Source: Narcine bancroftii
Lineage: Eukaryota
DNA: 64,000 nt
Direction: 5' to 3'
Assembly: GCF_036971445.1 (NCBI RefSeq)
Contig: NC_091476.1
Coordinates: forward strand, 3,658,001-3,722,000
The position numbers were made by a program, and so were the translations under genes. This document shows, in pieces, positions 1 through 14,100 of the stretch. How positions within the stretch are numbered: position 1 is the first letter of the stretch; every line of letters starts with the position of its first letter. The notes under the pieces were generated by a model. That model searched no databases. It was not told the origin of the DNA and was given only the letters and a program-made list of their open reading frames with translations.

Positions 1-3000
1 GTGTTAGTGGTAAATCTTTCCAATGTTGTAATTTCTTCATTAATGGCTGATAATTTAATTTGTATAGATGGCCCAGATTATTATCTAGTCTAATACCTCG
101 GTATCGGATTGCTTGTGTTTGCCATTTAAATGGTGATTCTTTTTTAAATTCTGTATAATTCGCATTACTCACTGGCATCACTTCACTTTTTCTTTGCGTT
201 GATCTTGTACCCCAATATTTCTCCAAACCCCTTCAATTTCTTATGTAATTTTTTATTGATAATTCTGGTTCTGTTAAGTATACTATGATATCATCTCCAA
301 AAAGGCTGATTTTATATTCATTCTCTTTTATTTTTATCCCTTTTATTTTATTTTCTGTTCTTATCAGTTCTGCCAAGGGTTCTATTGCTAAAGCAAACAG
401 TGAGGGAGATAGTGGACACCCCTGCCTAGTTGACCTGCTTAATTTAAATTGGTTCAATATATATCCATTTACTGTCACCTTTGCCATTGGACCCTTATAT
501 AATGCTTTAATCCAATTAATATATTTCTCTAGTGGGTTGAACCTCTGTAATACTTTGAATAAATAATTCCATTCTACCCTGTCAAAGGCTTTCTCTGTGT
601 CTAAAGCAACAGCCACTGTTGGCATCTTATTTCCTCGTACTGCATGGATTAAGTTAATGAACTTACAATCATTGTCCGTTGTTTGCCTTTTCTTAATAAA
701 TCCAGTTTGATCTAGTTTTACTATTTTTGGTACAAAGTCGGCCAATCTGTTTGCTAATAGTTTTGCCATTATCTTATAAACTGAGCTAAGTAGAGATATT
801 GGTCTATACGATGCTGGTGTTAGTGGATCTTTCCTTGTCTTTGGTATTACTGTAATTATTGCTGTTTTACACGAATCTGGCAAGTTTTGTGTATCTTCTA
901 TCTGGTTCATTACTTCCAGGAGAGGAGGAATTAGTAACTCTAAATGTTTTATAGAATTCTATTGGAAGTCCGTCCGCCTCAGGTGTTTTATTGTTCGGTA
1001 GCTTTTTTAATATATTTTGTATTTCCTCTATTTCAAATTGTTTTATCAATTTGTTTTGCTCCTTTTCTTGCAATTTCGGTAGTTCAATTTTAGCTAGAAA
1101 CTCATCTATTTTGTCTTCTTTCCCTTCGTTCTCAGTTTGGTATAATTGCTCGTAGAATTCCTTAAAGTTTTCATTGATCTCTGTGGGTTATATGTAATTT
1201 GTTTGTCCTTTTTCCTTGATGTGAATACCGTTCTTTTAGCTTGTTCTGTTTTAAGTTGCCAGGCTATTATTTTGTGCCTTTTTTCCTCCTAGCTCGTAAT
1301 ACTTCTGGTTTATTTCCATTATGTTCTTCTCCACCTTATACATTTGTAGTGTTTCGTATTTTATTTATTTTGTCCGCCAATTCTCTTCTTTTTGTTGCAT
1401 CTTCCTTTGTTGCTAGTTCTTTTTCTGTACTTACCATTTCCCTTTCCAGCTGTTCTATTTCCCGATTGTAGTCCTTTTTCATCTTAGTTACATAACTTAT
1501 TATCTGCCCTCTGATGAAGGCTTTCATTGCATCCCATAATATAAATTTATCTTTTACTGATTCTGTATTTATTTCAAAGTATATTTTAATTTGGCGCTCA
1601 ATAAATTCTCTAAAATCCTGTCTTTTTAGTAGCATGGAAATAACAGGTGTGAGTGATCAGATAACAATCTAGCTTTATATTCCGTTTTCCTAACCTCCCT
1701 TGGATATGGGCTGACAACAGGAACAGGTCAATCCTTGAGTATGTTTTATGTCTACTCGAATAATATGAGTATTCCTTCTCCTTTGGGTGTTGTCTCCTCC
1801 ATATATCCAAAAGTTGCATTTCCTGCATAGATTTAACCATAAATTTGGCTACTTTGTTCTTTCTGCTAGTCTTTTGTCCAGTTTTATCCATCTTTGAATC
1901 CAAATTAAGGTTAAAGTCCCCTCCTATCAATATATTCCCCTGCGTATCTACAATCTTCAAAAAAATATCTTGCATAAACTTTTGATCCTCTTCATTAGGT
2001 GCATATATATTGACCAAATTCCAGAGTTCTGAATATATCTGACATTTTAACATTACGTACCTCCCTGCTGGATCTATTATTTCCTCCTGTATTTTGATTG
2101 GTACATTTTTCTTGATTAATATAGCTACTCCTCCGGCTTTTGAATTATATGATACTGCCGTTACATGCCCTACCCAGTCTCTCCTCAATTTATTGTGTTC
2201 CACTTCAGTTAGATGCGTTTCCTGCACGAATGCTCTATCTATTTTTCCTTTCTTTCAGTAAATTTAATAGGCTCTTCCTTTTGATTTGGTTATGTATTCC
2301 ATTAATATTTATAGTCATATAGTTCAACATGGCCATCTCATACTCTTTTACATCTCATTTCCACTTCCTCACCACCACCTTTCCCCCATTTTCATTTTTG
2401 AATGCAGTGTATGACAACACTTCTAAAACACAAAATATTTCAACCATTCCCACATCTAAAATTCCCTTAACCCCAAGTGTTCCGCCCCCCCTCTGAGTCG
2501 CCCCTCGTCCCTTGACGGGCAATCACAACTCCCCTCTCCATTCGGACTGCGAACCCGTTCGCAAGTGTCAACTGGTTTCGCAGTGACTGTTATTCTCTCC
2601 CACCCAACCCCCTCCAGAAAAGACTTTCATCTTCACATTACAACAAAGCTCCCCCTCTTTTCTTCTAATTTTAATTTTTTTAAACCCCTCCTCTTTTTCC
2701 CCCTTCTCCCTTACTTCCCTTTTCTTCCCTCTTTTAGTTCTTATACATTTTTTTTTACTTCTTTATATGTAATTTGTCGTCGTTCTTTGTTCTTGTTACA
2801 TCTCTTCATCTCTATTTCTGTCTTGCAGGCGTTCTGCAAATTCTCATGCTTTCTCTGGATCCGAGAACAGTCTAATCCTTTCCCTACATCTGTTATGACC
2901 AGCTCTATTCTACTCACTTTTTCTTCTGCACTTTTCATTTTTCTTTTCATTTCACTAAATTCTAGTGTCAACCATTCTTTTAATGCTTTCATTTGTTCTT

Positions 3001-3694
3001 GAAATTTTTTAAAATCTATGTACTGTCCATTCATTTTACCTCCTATTCTTCTGTGCAGAGTTTGGTGTTCTTCTGTGTCAGCTCTTGGGTTTGTGTCTTC
3101 TATTTCTCTTCCTTGTATCTTGTTGAGCTGCTTGTCTCAGTTTGTTGGGCTTTTTTTATTTCCATGGTTTCTTGATGTTGGTCCTCTTCTGGGCTGGTTA
3201 CCTGTTGCGTTTCTTGCTTCCTTTTTTCTTTCTCACCCTTCCATTTCCCACTGCTTTCTTTATCTTCCAGCTGGCAGCCCTGCTGTCGGGCATCTCTCAG
3301 CTGTTCGTGCTGTGGAGTTTCACTCCACAGCTGGGTCCCCCTCCCGTCGGTGTTCTCCTTGTCGTGCGCAGTTGCACACCTCTGTTTGGCTCAGTGAGCC
3401 ATTTTTGCAGTTCTGTGGTCGGTGGGTCGCAACCCTGCGGGGTCTCCACTAACCTCAGGGAGCGGGCTCCTCTTTCCACGTCGGGTCCCTGTTTTTTCGT
3501 GCAGGTAAGGCCTTCACCTTTTTCTTCCAGCGTCTTTCCTTCCTGTTGTTTTTGGTTTTTCTATCTTAGGTGCCATTTTCTCCACACCTTTATTTTTTAT
3601 TTGTTGTGATTTGTGTGTCTGGGGCATTGCTTTTTCTTCTTTTGTGGAGAGGGCTGGTATTCTCCTACCGCCCACTACTCCATCACGTGACTCC
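1..3694 (-). mobile_element. LINE-1 (5'UTR, internally deleted ORF1, ORF2 EN and RT), runs off the left edge; within a UPF3B intron
   Basis: QETHL, NIYAPN, GGDFN, SRID (APE endonuclease); YRPISLL, ALDTEKAFDRVEW, RQGCPLSP, LFGDD (RT); frameshifts; 5' end GGAGTCACGTGA as in the copy at 41007-45096. Confidence 0.93.
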
Positions 3695-4049
3695 TCACCA
3701 AACAACATTTAAGGACACTTTAAATCACCATTCAGAAGGGCACAGATTACAGGCTGTTAGTGCAGATTTGTAAACTGTTGAAATTTTTATTTTGAGGTCA
3801 TCTAAAAAGGCTAACTGATCAAAGTACCTGGCCAAATGAAAACTGATTAGAAAAGTAACATTCATGTAACTAGGTGGCAAGTTCAATCCAAAACCATCTC
3901 TGAGCCAAAAAAATCAACATGGCTCATGGTGTTTTACTGATTGGCATTCCACAAGAAACTAGGTTCATTCCTGTGCGAGAGAATGTGCATTACAAGAATA
4001 AAATAAATAAAGTAGCATGGCTAAAAAAGTGTACATAAAAGCCAAAATT

Positions 4050-4720
4050 GATCATAAAGTTGTTAATGAGGAAGAAAGCAGCAGACTACAGGCAGCTAAC
4101 AATGAACTGACCAGGAAGACAAATGTAGCTCACTTCAGAGAAGTGCAAATGAATATTTTTGGGTATGGGGAAACAAGTCAAGGGCATACACATTAAAGAT
4201 ACCAAAAAAGAAGATCACAGGATGTAAAACAGGTAGATAATGTGATACTTGCCTTTACTGGCTGAAATGTCAGAGAAGGGCAAGGACGTCTCTCTGGAAC
4301 TGTATAAAATCGAAGTCATATAAGCAAGCACTTACAGAAGATGCCACATCACTGGAGAAGGTTCAGAAAAATAAGTGAGGATGTTACAAGGGATGCTGAA
4401 ATTCAGCTTTGCCCACGTTGGGGCTGATTTTTTTTTTTAGAACTGAAAGCCAAATGAGAAATTTAATCAAGGATCACAAAACAATGACATTTACACGGGA
4501 TAAGTGGCAAGAACATACTTCCCTTAATAGCGAGTTCAATAGTTAGCAAATGCTGATCCAAGGTCACAGGGAAAAAGGCCAGAAGAGAAACTAAATTCAT
4601 AGAACTGGGTTTGCAATGTATTGCCTGATGAGGTAAAACCACTTATTTCATTTGAAATATCATAACCTAAAAACTAGAGCTGGAAGATGGGATTAATCTC
4701 AATAATTCTTTTTCAGCCAG
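4050..4720 (+). mobile_element. Highly decayed CR1-type LINE 3' fragment
   Basis: Remnants such as GAGAAGTGC and CTGGAGAAGGTTCAGAA...AGGATGTT typical of CR1 ORF2 3' ends. Confidence 0.5.
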
Positions 4721-4853
4721 AATTGACACAAGGCAAATAGCTTCATTCAACATCAAAAATCAGCACAAGTTCAGAGATGTAGAACTTTTTGTTTTTACGA
4801 GCACCAGAAAGCAGTTTCATGTTTAACTGTTGGGAACTGAAATAATCCTGTAC

Positions 4854-5157
4854 CTTATTTCTGATCCGTTCTTTTTTTATTGTACTTTCCTCCTTCTTAT
4901 CCTCTTTTCCTTTCTCTGATTTGTCGTAACTTGGTGCAAACTCCAAGCTTTCCTTTTTCCTAGTTTTTTCAGATGATTGATCCTTTTCTTTCTTAATCGC
5001 TTCATCTTTTTTTCGGAAAGGCTTGTCAGTCTCATATCGCTCCCTCAGCTTCCGTCCCTCTTCATCCTGCCGTTTCTGCCGCTCTTTGTCCTTCAGCCTT
5101 CTCTCGCGATCCCGTTCTTCTTTTTCCCGGTACTCTCTTCCACCATCATCTTCAAAC
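4854..5157 (-). CDS. UPF3B: UPF3B exon 9
   Basis: acag|FEDDGGREYREKEERDRERRLKDKERQ...KKERIRNK|gtacag; 304 nt, in phase. Confidence 0.92.
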
Positions 5158-8100
5158 CTGTTATATCCAAAGTACAGTACATTTAATCTCCAAAACTGAT
5201 AGTGTGGAGGCAGCTAATTAACCCATGTCCTCTGGTTTGTATCTCCACTACCTTCAGTTGAAAAAGCCTGTCTACATTTACTCTGTTTACCCCCCTCATA
5301 ATTTTAAATATCTCAATCAAATTTCCCCTCATTCTCTCCCTTTTAATTTTTTTATAATTAACAAGCACACATTGGAAAGAGAAGACAGGGTTGCTAAATA
5401 TAAAGGCTATATTTTATGATTAATACGAAAAATATCCCTCCAATAAGGTTCAGAACAAGGTGGCTTCCCTGTCGTTACATCAATCACATTAGGGATTTAG
5501 ATCAAGAAATATACTGGTTAATTTGACTTTAGACATGCAAGTCCGATGCACAACCTTGAATTGAATAAAAGAATGTCGAGTATATAGTGAAGAAGTGTTA
5601 ACTAAATTAAGAATCAAATCCCAATTTTTGTCTGAAATAGAAAACTGTAGTTCATGCTCTCATGCTCTTTTAACCTTAGCGAGGGAAACGACACAATTTT
5701 GAAAGCGTATCATCTATAAACATTATTAAAACTCTCTGGGAGGGTTGTAATTTGAGAATTACATCCAGCAAGTTAGATACACAAGTCATGGGAAAATTTA
5801 GTAATTGAAACTTAAAAAAAAAAAAGAACTCTGGTCTGCAAGTATCTAAAAAGTGAATTTGGCAAATTAAACTCAGCTAATAATTGTTCAAAAGACATGA
5901 GACAACTGTCAACAAACAATTCTCTAAAAAAAAACTCTGAATACCATTATCACACCAATTGTCAAATGTCAAATCATATGAAGGAGGAGGAAATACATAT
6001 TTAGATGATATAAAACTTGATAAGGAAAAAACCTTTTAAATCAAAACATTTCCTGAATTGAAACCAGATACGCAAGGAATATCATCCTGTTAACTTTAGC
6101 TAAAGAGAAAGGAAGTGCTGCTTCCTAAAGGGGATAAAACGGAAACCTTCTCAGCCAATCTCAACTCCAAAGAGACCCAAACTGGCCGTCCAACCTATTA
6201 AAATCTTGAATCCTAAACCAAGATATTGATTCTCCAGTAATAGTAGCTAAAATTCGACAATGCCAAGCTTCCATTCCTTTTAGATCTCTGCAAATAAAGG
6301 TTATTCAGCCAAGGTCGTTTGTTTTGCCAAATATAGGAAGAGTCAAGGAAATCAAAAAAACTACTTGGGGATGAAGACTGGAATTGCATTAAAAAGGTAT
6401 AACATTTGGGTAAAATAATCATTTTAATAGAGTTAATACAACCAACTAATGAAATAGAGAAAGGGGACCATCTGGACAATGTATGCTTAAATTGTTTTAA
6501 TAAATTAAGAAAATTTTCCTTAAATAAATGTTTGTGGTTTTTGGTGACTATAATTCCTAGGTGAGTAAAATGATTCTTAACAACCTCAAAAGGGAGATTG
6601 GCATAGATAGGCACCACAGTATTCAAGGGGAAACGGTCATTGTTGGGTAAGTTTAGTTGATACCCTGAAAAGTGACTGAATTGTGATGGTAATGAGAAGA
6701 TAAAAGGAATAGATACTTCTGGATTTGAGACAAATAACAGAAGGTCATCTGCATAAAGGGAGACCTTGTGAACTATACCTCCTCTAGAAATCCCGGAGAT
6801 GTGCTTGGAATCACGAAAAGCAATAGCTAATGGTTCTGGTGCTAAATCAAACAAGTGGACTGAGAGGGCATCCCTGCCTTGTTCCATGATACAAGTTAAA
6901 TAGATTGTTGATAATTCATAACAACCGATGCTGAGGGTGAATGGTATAATAATTTGATCCATGACATGAAACCAGGGGCAAAATTGAATCTTCTTAGGAC
7001 TTCAAAAAGGTTTTGCAATTTAACCCTGTCGAAGGCCTTCTCCACATCCAGAGAGATAACACACTCTGGAATTTTAGGAGAGGGTGAATACATTACATTA
7101 AATGTTAAAATGTCAGTGACGATTTTTGATGAAACTGGTCTGATCTTGTGAAACAATCAAAGGCAAAATATTCTCTCGTCTGTTAGCTAACACCTTAACA
7201 AGAATCTTAAGATCCGCATTCAATCATGAAATAGGTCCGTAGGTGTCCCGGGATAGGAAGCCCTTTGTGCCGTTTCCACTGGGCCATCTTCAACTAGGAC
7301 ACCCTGGGCATTGGAGTGTCTACCTTCAACTGGAAACCAGTGATTTTCTGCTGTCTCTTTTCCACTGGTTTTACCAGCACACCAGCGTCAGCAAATACCA
7401 GGGATAGGAGTAGGGGTCGAGGTGGTTGATCCCCGGTGTGAAATGATGTCATTTGACGCTGGTGTTTGGACAATGTTCCTTTTCCACTGGACCCTGTCCC
7501 AGTAAATTCCCAGGACAGGGTACCAGTAGAAAAGGGGCTATAGAAAGTTTTGGGCAGAGTTCCCTTGCAAAGGATTCAGAAAAGACAGTACCTAATCAGG
7601 AGGGTAATAAGTGAGGAAAGAATTTTAAAAACTCTCCAGGAAAGCCTTCCGGACTGGGTGCCTTCCCAGATTGGATAGATCAATAATTTTAGAGATTTCC
7701 TCCTTTGAGAAGAGCTCCTCCAATCATTTACATGCTCTAAGGATAATGTAGGAAAATTAAGTTAGCCAGTCTGCCTTTCCCACAATACTCCTTGCATTGA
7801 AATAGATGTACTTTAGAAAATTTCCATCATGTACAACCTGTTGACTTCTAACAGTGCATGTAATTTTCACATAATTTTTTCCCTCCTCCACCACTCCTCT
7901 GCTCTGGCACTCAGGTTCCCCTCCCCTTGAAAATCTCAATACCTTATTCACCCAGTCTGAAAGACTACTAGATATCTGGTCTTTTTCCACTGTGTGCTGT
8001 TTCTGCAATAGTCAAGGTAAGTAGTTACATACTCTGCTCTTTAGTGTAATATATTAACATTTGAGAGAGGAAAGATACAAAACTATGGGCCCAAATGCCA

Positions 8101-11100
8101 GCACTTTCAGTGCAGAATTGAGAAGGGAGAGAAGTCCCCTCATGCAATTCTCAATGGTTGGTTTGGTCTATTAGTCACTACAGCTCAGGTCACAAACACA
8201 ATTACCCTCACTTTGGTCTCGTCAGTGACTCAATGGCAGTAAATGCATCTTCCAGCAGAGAAGGCTGAATAGAAGTTTAAATCACAGCCTTCTCTGCCAT
8301 TGAGACCAAAGTGAGGGTAATTGTGTTTGTCCATAAGACATAGAATAAGGCTTCCTTCTGTTTGCTTTGTTCACCAAAACTATTAACAGAGACAGATTAA
8401 AAAAATAAGTGGTATTGAAAGACTTATCCAGGCAAGATCACAGCTTTTGAGATTCAAGCTAAAAAGCTCAAAGAAGAATTCAGTCCAATTTTTTTTGGTT
8501 TGCAGTCTAAATGTAAAGCACTCCAGCACTTATTTATAATCACAGGCAAGAGAATTCATAATATTGAACTAACAAACCAACATGAATACAATTAATTCAG
8601 TTTATTCACACGTACTTCTTTCCTTTATCATCCTTGATGGAACACTCCAAGCGTTTTCCCTGACTAGCGAATGGCCTGTCCTCTTTCACTCTCTCTCGTT
8701 CTCTTTCCAGTTTCTTTAATTTGTCCTTTGGTTTTTCCAAGCTAGAATCATCTCCCTTTTCCGGCTTCTTTAGAAGCTACAAATCCATTGAGAGATATTT
8801 CTGTTAGATAGTTTACAGATGTCAATATAGCATCTTTGTGGGGCCACTGACACTATAGTGTACCTTTATCTTTGGTTCATCCTTTGATCGATCTTTATCT
8901 TTATCATATCCTTTTTCTACCATCTTCTTCTGCTTCTCTGCTTCCCTTCTTTTCCGCCTTTCATCCTCTCTCCATTTTCTTCTTTCTTCTTCTCGGAGTC
9001 TCCTCTTTTCTAGCTCCCGTCTCCTCCTTTCTTCTCTTTTTTCCTCTCTTATTCTCTGGCAGGGAACAAGAGTGAATTAATAACATTTTGAGGAAACAAC
9101 ATTAATATTCAGAAAGTCAAATCAAAGAGGGGCAAGTCTTTACCTGCTTAGTTTTTACATAGTCCAGAAGGGGTGTTGTTTTTATGGCTGTTAATTATAA
9201 AAAAAAATAATGTTTACATTAATGCAAAAACTTCAGATTTATGTAAAATTGTAATGCAATGTTGGGTAAACCTTGTACATGGGGCAAGTTATTCCTCACA
9301 ACGTGAGTGCAAAAGAACACGTTGAGAGCATCATTGTAAAAGATTCAAATTGCATTAAAAAATTAGGCAGCTCCATTGAAGAAATACAGTATTTAACCAG
9401 GACAATGTAACCAGAACAAGCATGGAGGGTGGGTTCTAACAACCAGAGGCATGGAACCCCCAAATAATTATTCAGTGTTGTTAATGGCAATGTAGTTTAC
9501 ACAGTTAATACATTTGCATAAAATACGAAAATTTGTGGTGTTGTGGACAGCGATAAAGGATATCAAAGTGTACAACATGATTTACATCAGTTGGGAAGGT
9601 GGATTATGGAGTGGCAAATGGAATTTAATTTGGGCAAGTGTGTGGTGTTTCACTTTGATAAGTCATACCAGGATAGGACTTGCACAGTAAATGGCAGGTC
9701 AGAGAGACCTGGGGTTACAAGTGCATAGTTCTATGAAAGCCACTACTTGGGTGAACAGGCCTGCTGAAGATGGTGTTGGCATGTTCACCTTCATTGGGCA
9801 GAGTACTGAGTATATGATCTAGATGTACAAGACATTGGAGTATTGAACACAGTTCTGGTTACCCTATCACAGGAAGGATAGTGGAAGGGGTGCAGAGAAC
9901 ATTCATCAGGATGTTGCCAGGACTGGAGAGCTCAAGGTATACGGAGAGCTTGAGCTATTGGGAGAGGCTGATTAGGTTGGGACTTTAATGCAGACTGAAA
10001 GGTGACCCGAGAGGTATATAAAATCATGATGAATAAAGCAAAGCATCCCAGTCTGTTTCCTAAGGCAGACATTTCTAGAACTAGATGGCAAGGTGAGAGT
10101 GGAGAGATTTAAGAGGGACCCAAAGAACAACTTTTTCCACTCAGAGGGTAGTCCACATCTTGAACAAATTGCAGCGGAAACTATAGAAGTGAGTATGGAC
10201 AGGTGAGGCTTAGAAGGATATGGCCCAAATGCAGCAAATGGAGCCAGCCTGGTTGAAGGGCCTATTCAATGACTCTACATTACTTCAAATCTGCCACAGC
10301 AATTGTGAAATTTAAATTTGGAACTATTTAAAGCAAAATTATTCAGTACTGATACTTAATTTTTGTGCATGCACCAACCAAACTCCAATACATGAACCCA
10401 CTGAGCATGCGCTAATCGAAGACTTGCACATGCGCATAGAAATCAAGATGGCCATGCCCAACCTACAGACCTTGGAATGCCAACAAGTACGCATATTTTT
10501 CTCTTGCGTGCTCTATATTCCAGTTATAGTTTGTCAAATACAACATAAACCGAGTAAATTTTATATTTTTTCTTTATAGTTTTTTTAAAAACAAATGTAT
10601 ACAATTTCAACATGCGTCTATTCTGAGATATGACAGTCTGAATTACTGTTGTAAGTTGGGGAGTACACATGCACTGCGTATATGTATGGTTTGCCTATGT
10701 GTTAGTTAGGACTCTACGCATGTTTTGCATTGTTCTGGACTGTGGATCAGAGTGCGCTGTTTCAATTATAAATAAACTTGAATTTGAAAATGGACAATAG
10801 ACACCAGCCTTGCCTGTGATCCTCAGGTACCGAGAAATGAATATATTAAAATAGAACCCTTGATGATTCAACAAACAATTTCTCAGGAAACTTAGAAAGG
10901 TTCACAATTCAATAATTTAATATGCCTGACTGGATATGCATGCAAGATTTCCTTCCTCGAAGATCAGTGAATCAATTGGATTACATAGCAATCATCAAGT
11001 TGGATTCAGCCGTCACATTTTCAGTTCCTAGCAGGCCAATGCAAAGCAAATAAGTACATTTCCATGGTGATTGTTTTGGTAAAAATTTTGAGTTAATTTC

Positions 11101-14100
11101 ACCCTTTGTCCAGTGTACAATTTTCAAAATTTATTGGATTTATACTAAGACTTGAACTGAGAACCTTAGTTACCAGTCTGATAGCAACAATTTTTAATTT
11201 CAATGGGACATACCAATTATTTTTTTTGAAAAAAGAATGTAACATAAATAAAAGGATCTTTTTTTTTTAAAAAAAAAGCAACTTAAATGACATGCATACA
11301 AACATTCAACATTATGATTAAAATGCAATCAAGCCAAATGACCAAGGTGTATTTTATTTGTTTTTAAATTATCAAAGTTTTACAATACAAATTAGAATAA
11401 TGAAACTGCCATTTCGCCTTCATTGCATGAGGAATCAGGTAGATAGTTAATTCTGATCAAAAATAAATCAACTCGTTTTTATTGTCATCATTTCTTAGAG
11501 ACCCTCATTAAATCCTTAGATGAAAACAATTGCTAAACAAAAAGGTTTTATGTCTGAAGTATGAGATGCAAACATTTAAAGGCACAAGATTAATAGATGT
11601 AAGCCAATAATTTACACAACGATCAGTTCTGGAACTTTTTTTAATAATGAGCAAAGCAAACAGATCAATTGGATCTTTTCTCTTTTACCTGCTAGTTCTT
11701 TTGTTTTAGCTTCAATTTCCTCTAGAAGAGTTTCAGGATTGTTAGAATTTTTCTCATCATCCACATTGTTATAACTCTCCAAAAACTTCTTATATTCAGG
11801 ATCTGGTAAACAGAGCACAACAAATGGGTAGAAACTCAATCAACTCCAAAACAAACACTCTCTAGATGGTTAAAGAAATGTAGAAAAAGCATTAATTTGG
11901 AAAAATCAAGAAAAAATGGATAAAGTGGATGAGGGATTGAAGCACATGTTGGAGATGAATAAACAATTATCTGAGAAAGTGGACTCATTGGAAAATTTCA
12001 GTTGAAGAAATATTAAGATCATCAATCTGAAGGAAGGAGTGGAAGGAAATGATATTCAATTTTTGCAACGTTGAATTCCACAGAGTTTTGGTAAAGAGCA
12101 TTTTAAAGGGGACATTGAGATTGAATGAGCTTAGAGACCTAAACCCCAGCCAGATCAAAAACCGAGATCTATTTTGGTTAAATTTCTTCATTATCAAGTG
12201 AGGGAAAAATTTTTAGAATTAGCAGCAAAACAAGTTAAAGAAAGAAAAGTGCCACTGGAATTTGTAGGAAATAAATTTTTTTAAAATCCAGACATAAGCT
12301 TATAGTTATTGAAGAGAAGGAAAAGTTTTAATTCGGTCAAAAATATATTGTGGAAGAAGGGATACACTTTTATTCTGCCCTATCCTGCGACTTTGAAAGT
12401 CTATGTTCAAGGAGGGCCAAGTAGACTTTTTATGAATCCAGAGCATGGTCAAAAGTATGCGAAAGGACTACTGGACATACATCAAGAGCTGACTCAAAGA
12501 GGTGGAAAGTGATATTTTTGTGGTGACAAAAATCTGGAGGTGATTTGAAATACTGTGGAGACAAATTTAATATACTCGGAGGAGCCGGAGACATACAGAT
12601 TGGTTCCTGCCGAACTGTGGACATTGTTTTGCAATCACAACCGGAAAAATGGAGGGTGGTAGCATTATCAGGGGACTTTATTTCACTGCTCAAGGGGGAC
12701 TCTCTTTTCTTTCTTTCAAATATATAATTGTTTTTTTTAAATAAACTGGATTTAATGTTTATGTTGTATTTAAGAGTTTGGTGAAGAGCCAATGACTAAC
12801 AAAAGAGAATTGTGAAAAAGGGAAATATGTAAGAATTTAAATTTTTTTTTTCCCCAATGAGTAAAGGATTAAAATTTATGTTTTAATGTAAACAGGCTTC
12901 AAAACCCTATAAAGAGAGAGTATTGACATATATTAAAAAATTGTGAGTAAATACGGCTTTTTTTTTTGCAAGAAACACATTTAATTGAAAAGGGACTGGG
13001 TTGGAACAATAGTGGCATTGCATTTTAATACAAAAGCTAGAGTAGCAATTTTAATAAATGAAATGCTTCCAATCAAAATACATAATATAGTTTTGGACCC
13101 ATTTGGCCAGTTTGTTTTAATAAATTGTCAGTTTTTTTTCTGAACAATAGACATTATTGAATATTTATGCTCCAAATGTGAATGATGGTAAATTTAAACA
13201 AGTTTTCCAAATATGGGAGAAGCTAATGAAAAATTTTTAATAGGGGGGTATTTTAATTTTTGGATAGATCTACAAAGAGTGTGTTAAAATCCATTAACTG
13301 TCATTAATGCAAAATTTGAACTTGGTTGATATTTGGAGAAGGATATATCTTCGAGAAAGGGATTATTTGTTTTATTCTAATAGGCATGATTCATATTCCA
13401 GAATAGATACGTTTTTATTATCAGCAAGACTGCAGGGTAGGGTACAGCAGGTTCAATATAAAGCAAGGCTTATATCAAACCATTCTCTGTTTTTAAGCTT
13501 TAGATTTAGAAGATAAACAGGATATGAGTTTTAGGTGGAGGTTTAATAGTATGTTGTTGAAAAAGTAAGATTTTTGTCAATTTATTAGAGATCAGATAAA
13601 ATAATTTTTGGACCTTAATGCTGACTGTGGATAATAAGTTTGTTCTTTGGGATGCAATGAAGGCATATATTCAAGCTCAGATAATGTTTTTCTTCTAAAG
13701 TTAAAAAGGAGTATATGTCTCAAATTAATGATTTAGAGACAGAAATATTGACCTTAGAAAAGGAATTACATAAGTAGGCGTCAGAATAAAAAAAGATTTT
13801 TTGTTTAATAATACATAACAATCTTACAGAACAGAAAAAATGATAATGAGAAATAAACAGATATTATGAACTGGGGAAATGAGCACACAAAAGGTATTAG
13901 CCTGGCAACTGAAAACTGAACAAGAATCAAATACTATTATTGCAACTAGAGATGAGTCACATATCTTATAAATCCCAGGATATTTTCATCAATTTTATAT
14001 GAAATTATATAAATCAGAATCTGGGCAGGATGATAATGAAATTGATCAATTTTTAACTCAAGTAAATTTACCTAAATTAACTATGGAAAAGTTTACATAG

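Noticed and set aside
233-2227. Intact retrotransposon ORF2
   Set aside because: Broken by frameshifts and ORF1 is internally deleted near 2880; none of the L1 or Gypsy copies here looks autonomous.
4743-4853. Read-through of UPF3B exon 9 (..MKLLSGARK..) as the terminal EJC-binding motif
   Set aside because: A phase-0 GT donor follows RIRNK where the conserved DRPA..LYQPGAR exon should join; the GAR match looks coincidental and the true last exon is probably left of the window.
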